From a virus (taxonomy: Duplodnaviria > Caudoviricetes): a stretch of DNA of 31,667 bases. The notes under the pieces are model-generated. The model saw nothing but the letters and a program-made list of their open reading frames with translations. It searched no databases and was not told where the DNA came from. The stretch is from positions 1-31,667 of the IMG/VR virus record IMGVR_UViG_3300012953_000118; one strand, given 5' to 3'. Every line of letters starts with the position of its first letter. Positions within the stretch are counted from its first letter, which is position 1. The translations under genes and the position numbers were made by a program. Positions 28,001 through 31,667 of this stretch are shown here, one piece after another.

Positions 28001-29398
28001 CAAAGAAAGACCTTCTTCATAGCTTCCAACTTTTTTTACCATTCTTTTTATAATCCAATCTTGCTTAAGCGTAGGATGAGTTCCATACCCTTCAAATGGC
28101 ATTATCCTACCTTTATAATCTCCTGCTCTTCCACTAGAACTTCTATAAAAAAAATGAATTTTTCCATCTATATTTGCTTTAAAAACTTCTCTAGAGCCTT
28201 GACCAACACCAGCATAACTTAAATTTTCTATTTTAGGCTCTTTAACTTCTTCTTTTATTTCTTTTTTTATGTTATCTTTAGTACCTTTTGAAATATTTGT
28301 TTTTTTATCTAAAGCTTCTTGAAACTCTGAGAACTCTTCTTTCAAAGCATATTCTAATTCCCTAGGGTCTTGACCTCTTGCTAATCCTGTTTCTTTTTCT
28401 GCAAGTATAAGAAGTTCATTTTTAACCTCTCTTGGCAAACCTTTCCAAGAAGGCATAGAAGTAGGGTCCATAGTTGTATCTAATCTGCCGCTTTGTGATT
28501 GTCTAGCAAATGGTATGTTTTCTTTGTAATGAATTTCTCTAGCTTTAGTTTGAGCCCAGCTTAATTCTTTACCGCCAAAGTAAGCTCCTAATAAATATTC
28601 ATATATTTGTTCTGGAGTTGTAGCTCCTCTAATAGTAGAAGGTAACCCTAAAAATAAAGAACCAGATAACGCTCTTGCAAATGTAGTAGCTGTTTCATCT
28701 TTTAATTTTATCTTATTACCAATAACTTTAAAACCACCACCTGCAATTGCTCCATGAAAAAAGCTATCCATCATAGCATCTGTTCCATGTTGCCAAGTAG
28801 ATATAGCACTAGCAGTACCTAATGTAAAAGCTCCGCTCATAACATCTTTAGCTAGGTTTGTCTTTAGAAAATCAGTAGCTGTATTTAACGCTTGATTTTT
28901 AGCAAAAAGATTTTTTCCCATAACGCTTTTTACAATTTTCTTTGCTTGAGGTTTTACTAAATCTTCAGCCATAGCTAAAGGTATACCTCTTTTAGGTATT
29001 GCTGCAGCTATACCAAGTAATTTACTTGACTCTGTTAGTATACCAAGTTTATTAAGAGGACTAGCTACTATACCTGGGGCAAATCCAACTAAGTGACCTA
29101 TGTTCTTGGCTATAGCTTCCCATTGGTTATCTGGTTGTTCTTTATAAAGATTTAAAGTAGTAAAACCTTCTATAAACCCAGAGCCTGCATGTTTAATAGC
29201 TTCCATAATAGAAAAGTCACCTTCATAAAAAGGTACATTATGATACTGAGCATGTTGTCTAATTGAATCTAATAATTGAGGATTGAATCTATTTGGAGAT
29301 TTTCCATATAACTTTATGTAATCTCTCGTTTGTTTTTTATCAAACGTAGGGGCAAATTGCTGTTGTTGTTGTTCAGCTACTTGTTGTGGTTGAGCCAT
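19094..29398 (-). CDS. Giant virion/ejection protein containing a single-chain two-barrel (DPBB) RNA polymerase, crAss/phi14:2 gp66-like
   Basis: 3434 aa; R1593-x-P1595 about 40 residues before GGADLDADSD (D1632/D1634/D1636, nt 24491-24505), matching the RxP...DxDxD layout of two-barrel RNAPs; STDGA (D1198) followed by lysines fits the second barrel; downstream of two ejection-like genes. Confidence 0.75.
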   Translation of the reverse strand: MAQPQQVAEQQQQQFAPTFDKKQTRDYIKLYGKSPNRFNPQLLDSIRQHAQYHNVPFYEGDFSIMEAIKHAGSGFIEGFTTLNLYKEQPDNQWEAIAKNIGHLVGFAPGIVASPLNKLGILTESSKLLGIAAAIPKRGIPLAMAEDLVKPQAKKIVKSVMGKNLFAKNQALNTATDFLKTNLAKDVMSGAFTLGTASAISTWQHGTDAMMDSFFHGAIAGGGFKVIGNKIKLKDETATTFARALSGSLFLGLPSTIRGATTPEQIYEYLLGAYFGGKELSWAQTKAREIHYKENIPFARQSQSGRLDTTMDPTSMPSWKGLPREVKNELLILAEKETGLARGQDPRELEYALKEEFSEFQEALDKKTNISKGTKDNIKKEIKEEVKEPKIENLSYAGVGQGSREVFKANIDGKIHFFYRSSSGRAGDYKGRIMPFEGYGTHPTLKQDWIIKRMVKKVGSYEEGLSLYPKKVAEAARKLDKKFPEDKTIAKGESPTNPSPRKQSQVDAMKALGFIGGGKKLKPGDFGVHSRYGKFKQYNVNKELGLSKTGASLTKKQTIKYLDNMVLKPEVKKPEVKKPIVRNKDKFILTSGSRGFDSILSEKAAEEGINTFQIKMPNQRGGKVGKGDEVIITPRNLDKQDKYVTSAIQDYNRRAEISRKAGADVRDFDVNSLRYGTTGNAYKALRRDAYRMRLADSIVIADAKVNSSLDGLALLQKINGQLAINTGKPLYVINKELGTLKWNPAKENPLTKEFGTFEIIDTIPELGDKIAFITPNNVNNKVMSIAHNMIEKQSFAANNKGQNIETIKKENNLDIDLSNFETGSTVEFQLNSDLKNRIIYGLLNDAKFVKDFPENIARQNKLNEISEIASSISEQYINKSKQDLEMNEKGIFETRSTDFINEIQAKSKYKTLPEELKGSLRQWLVAKKYGNPISEINTDGQIGSIQLSSDLGKKGQNAPESPLEKEFNRYGKKGDDPVHTYLQRIDGIELTRYESTMANRLISEVDGLGNLKYETYEAAFKEANLRKRKAIINTVKEMKEKHDMHIWGGEGDKDKIVFVKYHPDLKKVKIPQDVKTKLSEETSRDALKSLYETTFADEIKGMQSNIAYHAAINNIPLSEASLFIGKDGYINNTVKLNKRLPVLMNTGWRGDKMFINNTREVGNLKLSEQGNYKAVIVRDSNKLVELVGAKNAELLQSTDGAILGENKTINAQQRDRGGNYQGQEKSVFFQDGIIAKYMSHKVLPDMAKMMREFKTNNPKLKDGINFIIYESSAKQLGKYKSGNYEIKNGKLELTEGAEVIEIDPGSFRYNYGVYDSVNSLGIKNGKHVGVPTPKQLNIMPHEHMLKSANASVLNNWKKDLAESAFNGQESSNRELSKILKEKATIPGTEEAFIREHFDTLGIRQIEKVLTTPGNESLANKMILEMINSSAKSISNLRMEAELGNLEGQMNNIADFRTAADNIIQHAASLGENQFPLYHGKYTRGVVQAAINKFIADKVFKPKLKNSLKGRMRPYDKALQEKFPQLNDDKLSMKMHGVPSHELLVLGNLYKKLPFYDSVKRKESTLEDTLKASEIEKNPVNKAKYAELLTGLTVRVPQDAASGAQALKLIGFSGINDYGTLLHGRAMEMLGGADLDADSDFVFFGGRHSDGAGQGLRPEHIKMYKRQSEEFIHPETGKFVDVKDMFKKDIVLDVEKMIQQEAVKPENSNLNEVKLKDRIQFLFDMSQNEANLNPYMQFSPSIRGMVGQKTADSRQLMPSAVSLVQNSRIAWSSVVGSGGQDVMETGTMTHKNVNGKRVKLPNPIAYRIFREAKSSEVDKRKQIWLSSALVRYTADPANVLGLIDYSGMQKLLNEAYYSKKKFEVMELNTGKTGFEEGVVPDAPFYNKLTLGMKRKYTPNVSKESRYDLISNLNSAFFGWDYKNNRSWSFDEVQGLLKNLKRIPEEGKTSLLPHIANMLKPVDTRVTTFDRLDKAKFDKLINTHNKVVGNLGNQNRWRKLLDATTLKQPTIQKQINFVYANQLNNRWKREQLSEKSPKSIINMFRKAKIEDYWHGIKEKDTQPEVLAKLENSLRTAEEYLDNSVTESTSLNVILKQYQKSVKNNKKIQADEMRKIQDFTEFLKNNDRKKQKQRSSEEPIHLTVDESNLTYGKSEVPEINQLMSAIQKSKPSSVKAKQLDKTKGTAVLDQIQTDMLIRQFKESLSSDYAKDMFDFYMLGSLRSKRTNEKQQKFFRLPKKDSLKQPGLKALYKQGARANTTLTAFNSKEIASKNLIEFLKEQGRLYTNPTTTTTNKNIPPKVKNHVKKYKESKVLKSMDFNEKIKEIKLSNAVSDIKENLKDLRKGNVNQEQREVVSELANLIKNDSSFDMNKFDKTIEMLYSYIDPMDPVMKPISQLNLKDYKNIIATYKQLKEGSMHKRWEKKLPLLKRLSLKARNQMQFPLMVSNEQLSEAVVKVHKKKYQKSWDKGEPKEVDVLYPTSHGEIMQGQIHRVSSMQEAHSNRLVNDLTKKVRFLSQLPGNEGIDLHNIALATRESRVNYETPEIQQIYKDNLKRIQDGLSWNVLKNKKYVLDLGEKTRKTYNGKKIVEMVENIMENHYNGMDQLNRGVFQTISNAEYSKIPKNEKYLWEKSGSNNWKKHPLAEYTLGFYDMDPGGATYKTHRILNINRFMTDLSKAYYKGPDKALEFAIHAGADGMRQLMNSMAIELMPITQYVKRVYNPKTKKTTEKTISISKYKELKDKKGWLPDKDVNIKKLEKVIVPLTGKRKGYVPHYWPDNSGMKEALNKELAEVSKKYNDLLKNVTAGTVKGNKEYENGLNDYITEYKSLVNRYKFQTGDYEIGQQVDFQTALDAAMFPAMKAQLVASEQSRLNIQNLPSITSRAGSSKKREYHKTKWLMDPAIHSMYIQNTTRDLYGGLTNLLTRWTLNSMNKTNYKNIVENPKWYNSSTKTAKKGKEADFNEAKEVVKNWNYFWSDFVKQAQGMPTVVSEAAWNNPGLHLSTTPAGWFADNIAANNVNKMGKALGLIKDGKLPKELQGLDNYDVQKLSNIEARFQLASLMTHPKTPINNVFGGSMHTWQSVGTDAMRKVYNYDYLQTLNPKLKTKQDVFKFLDEHGVQLEMAKSELGLDKSIRALKNQDFVNELASKATGNKEVTKEDLSYLKKKYKLTDKIVDIAGKFMTIPERHIRKDAWMSHYIKAYERLGGAITDPNSPILIEIANRGVKATQFLYSAPFRPGFARSGVGKVMSRFQLWAWNAVRFRNDVRKQAKRYGYKEGSPGMNKLKRMMTADIMVMALGSAFMYSMFEQTIPAPYSWFQDTADWFFGDEKTRERAFFGTYPGALAPLQMITPPVARFPISIVRELAEDDYTKLADYYMWTMFPFGRMGRDLFHPEQNIFKNPMRIPEKVFGFPMSGIAKESSSQLNSASPPTPGSSFDLF
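27665..27701. repeat. 15-nt tandem repeat (2.5 copies) encoding a KPEVK-KPEVK-KP linker
   Basis: AGGTTTTTTAACTTC at 27665 and 27680, partial copy at 27695. Confidence 0.85.
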
Positions 29399-29406
29399 TT
29401 AGGCCT

Positions 29407-30474
29407 TTACTTAAGATATGGTGCTAATTTTGCTCTAGCTGCTTCTATACCTGCTGCACCAGACGTATCAACTGGTCCACCACCATAAGTGTTGGATACT
29501 CTTGAATCTTGAGCAGATTGATAATTATCTCTATTACTATATAATGCTAAACCTGCTCCTCCTATAAGAGCAGCAAGTGCTCCATATGGGCCAAATCTAG
29601 CCAACATTGCTAGTCCACGAGATTTTCCTAAATATTTAGTTAATAAAGATGAAGCTGATTTCATAGATGGCGCTTTGCCTTTAGCTTTAGAAAGTAAATT
29701 TGCAGCTCCTTTTCTAAGTTTTGATTTAGAAGATTTTGGTAATGGGTTACCATCAGGACCTAAAATAGGAGAAGCTGCTCCTCCTGCCCCAGTTCCTGCT
29801 CCAGCACTACCAGATGCTGCTCCGCCTCCAAAAAATGAACCTGTTTTAAATTTATTATATGCCCCTTTTCCTAAACCATATCCTGCTAGCATACCAGGAA
29901 CACTTGTTGCTAACTCTCCTAAGGTATCATCTGCTTTAGGCATTAACATACCACCAAAATCTGAAAGCTGGTCTAATGCAGTACGTTTAGGAGTCATCAT
30001 ACTTGTAATTAAAGGGTCAACACTATTGTTATTTAAATAATTAGCTAAGTTTGGCATATTACTAAACTTAGACCTCATATCGCTATCAGAAGATTTAGTC
30101 ATATTTTGATTACTTTTAATGTTATTTTCAATTTCTCTTATCATCATTGCTTGGTAATCATCATACTGCTTTTTAAAGCTTAGAGGATTTATACCTGCTC
30201 TTTGAGCAGCTATTCTTTCTCTTTTACCCCAACCACTAGACAAATCATTCCAAGCTTGAAATGCGCTTTTTACGTTAAAATCTGCATCTTTAAAACTATC
30301 TATATCTGTATTGGATAAATCAACAAGGCTTTTTAAATTTGTATTTATAGAATTTTGAACATCCATAGAAAGCTTTTCGCCTCTACTAGGAAGACCTGCA
30401 GCTACAGATGATAATACGCTTCCTACGCTATTTCCACCAGCCATGCTTCCCATTTGATTAAAATTAAGTGCCAT
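29407..30474 (-). CDS. Probable DNA ejection / internal virion protein
   Basis: 355 aa; Gly/Ala/Ser-rich linker and hydrophobic segments (GMLAGYGLG, YGALAALIGGAGLALY); directly upstream of the giant protein. Confidence 0.55.
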   Translation of the reverse strand: MALNFNQMGSMAGGNSVGSVLSSVAAGLPSRGEKLSMDVQNSINTNLKSLVDLSNTDIDSFKDADFNVKSAFQAWNDLSSGWGKRERIAAQRAGINPLSFKKQYDDYQAMMIREIENNIKSNQNMTKSSDSDMRSKFSNMPNLANYLNNNSVDPLITSMMTPKRTALDQLSDFGGMLMPKADDTLGELATSVPGMLAGYGLGKGAYNKFKTGSFFGGGAASGSAGAGTGAGGAASPILGPDGNPLPKSSKSKLRKGAANLLSKAKGKAPSMKSASSLLTKYLGKSRGLAMLARFGPYGALAALIGGAGLALYSNRDNYQSAQDSRVSNTYGGGPVDTSGAAGIEAARAKLAPYLK

Positions 30475-31070
30475 TATTTACCCTCTCCTTTAAATAAATT
30501 ACTAAAAATATCTGAAAAAGCATCGCTTTCTCCAATTTTAAAACCAGCCATTCCTCCTTGAAGTAAGCCACTAAATGCATTTTGAGAGTCTTGATTTCTC
30601 ATATTCAAATTAGATAAATAAGCGTTACCCATATTTTCATCTAATCCTTGTTGCAATCCTGTCATTTGACCCATTATTCCAGTGCCTTGACTAAACCTTT
30701 TTTGCAAAGCGTTTAAAAAGTTTTGATTAACTCCACCCATAGCAGAGTTCATTCCCATTCTTTGCTGCATTGCTATTTGTCCTGGAGACATATTTGTCAT
30801 ACTTCCTAATTTTTGCATTTGATTACTTATTTGAGAGCCTTGATTCATTGCATTTTGATTTAAAAGATTTCTCATTTGCATATTAATAGCAGATTGAGGG
30901 TCTCTTAACTGCCTAGATAAGCCTAGATTCTCATCAATCAAACCTTGAGTTCTTTGTTGACTTGCAGCTATTTTATTTTCATCTATTTCTTCTGACCCAG
31001 GAGTACTTGCTCCAAGTAATCCTCCAAGAATAGTAGGTGCCATTGCACCTAATGTTGCAAGAATTGCCAT
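30474..31070 (-). CDS. Probable DNA pilot / ejection protein
   Basis: 198 aa; hydrophobic Gly/Ala N-terminus (MAILATLGAMAPTILGGLLGAS) and Q/N/M/G-rich helical body, like podovirus ejection proteins; RBS GAGGAG. Confidence 0.6.
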   Translation of the reverse strand: MAILATLGAMAPTILGGLLGASTPGSEEIDENKIAASQQRTQGLIDENLGLSRQLRDPQSAINMQMRNLLNQNAMNQGSQISNQMQKLGSMTNMSPGQIAMQQRMGMNSAMGGVNQNFLNALQKRFSQGTGIMGQMTGLQQGLDENMGNAYLSNLNMRNQDSQNAFSGLLQGGMAGFKIGESDAFSDIFSNLFKGEGK

Positions 31071-31098
31071 TATATATATATCTCCTCAGTTTTCATAA

Positions 31099-31131
31099 CT
31101 ATAATTTACACATACTATTGTATTAAAACAA
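31099..31131 (-). promoter_or_regulatory. Candidate promoter for the ejection-protein/vRNAP operon
   Basis: Minus strand TTGTTT-17nt-TAAATT(ATAG); decamer shared with 6606-6615. Confidence 0.45.
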
Positions 31132-31132
31132 G

Positions 31133-31276
31133 CTATTTAGTTTTCTTAGCTTTAGTTTTTTCTTCTGTTTCTTTTTCAACAGTTAAAAACTCTATAATTG
31201 CTTGACATTTAATGTAAGCGTTTTCAATTTGTTTTAATTGCTTTGTAAAATCATCTATCTTTTTTTTATAATCCAT
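31133..31276 (-). CDS. 47-aa coiled-coil protein (not in ORF track)
   Basis: RBS AAAGGA; MDYKKKIDDFTKQLKQIENAYIKCQAIIEFLTVEKETEEKTKAKKTK*. Confidence 0.65.
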   Translation of the reverse strand: MDYKKKIDDFTKQLKQIENAYIKCQAIIEFLTVEKETEEKTKAKKTK

Positions 31277-31417
31277 AATTGTTCCTTTGTTAAATTTATG
31301 TTTATATATTATATACTTTTATTTTAAAAAGCAATAGTTATTTTATAGCTGTAAGTTACTTAAATATAGCGACTTACGTTTTTTACATACCAACCAGTCG
31401 GTTTTGGTTTAGCAATC

Positions 31418-31666
31418 CTAAAAATTAGCTCCAAAAAATGTTGCGTTATTAGTTGGTGCTGCAGGAGCAGCTCCTGTTGTTACTTCTAAATAAGGTCTAT
31501 AAGAAACTGTAGTATGGTCATTACCATAACAATAAACATTTCTTTTGCATGAAGATGTGTTAGCAGTATCTTGACCCATTCCTGCAGTTATTGCAAAATC
31601 GTCATCGTAAGTTAAATCCTTATCCATAAAATAAATGAATACGTTACTATCATTTTCAACATTAGT
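31418..31666 (-). CDS. 3' end of a probable structural/tail-associated protein entering from beyond the window
   Basis: The frame of the listed 69-aa ORF stays open to the window edge (TNVENDSNVFIYF-MDKD...); ends RPYLEVTTGAAPAAPTNNATFFGANF. Confidence 0.55.
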   Translation of the reverse strand, partial: TNVENDSNVFIYFMDKDLTYDDDFAITAGMGQDTANTSSCKRNVYCYGNDHTTVSYRPYLEVTTGAAPAAPTNNATFFGANF

Positions 31667-31667
31667 A

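Noticed and set aside
20414-30040. Plus-strand ORFs inside the giant gene and the ejection gene
   Set aside because: Antisense shadows with Phe/Leu/Ser-rich composition typical of the non-coding strand.
1-31667. Stop-codon reassignment as in some crAss-like phages
   Set aside because: Long ORFs are intact in the standard code, and TAA, TAG and TGA all terminate genes at sensible boundaries.

Overview
An AT-rich (roughly 30% GC by eye) segment of a tailed dsDNA phage genome, probably podovirus-like, using the standard genetic code and strong Shine-Dalgarno sites. It has three blocks. (1) 1-6567, minus strand: packaging and head genes (lysozyme-like protein, probable TerS, four small basic proteins, TerL, P22-type portal, start of an acidic scaffold-like gene). 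(2) 7063-19097, plus strand, after a ~500 nt divergent control region with short repeats: early and replication genes separated by G-U-containing stem-loops (Sak4-like ATPase, SSB-like protein, primase-helicase fusion, HNH nuclease, AbrB-like regulator, PD-(D/E)XK nuclease, small Zn-finger proteins). (3) 19094-31667, minus strand: a 3434-aa probable virion RNA polymerase with a non-canonical DLDAD motif, two probable ejection proteins and the end of a structural gene. The standout is a four-gene cassette at 9525-12967 that appears to encode a complete ubiquitin-like conjugation pathway: a Ubl ending GG-QA, an E2-like protein (HPYI...GSVCLD), a JAB/JAMM protease with an intact metal motif and an E1/ThiF enzyme. 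All calls come from motif recognition by eye; no searches were run.
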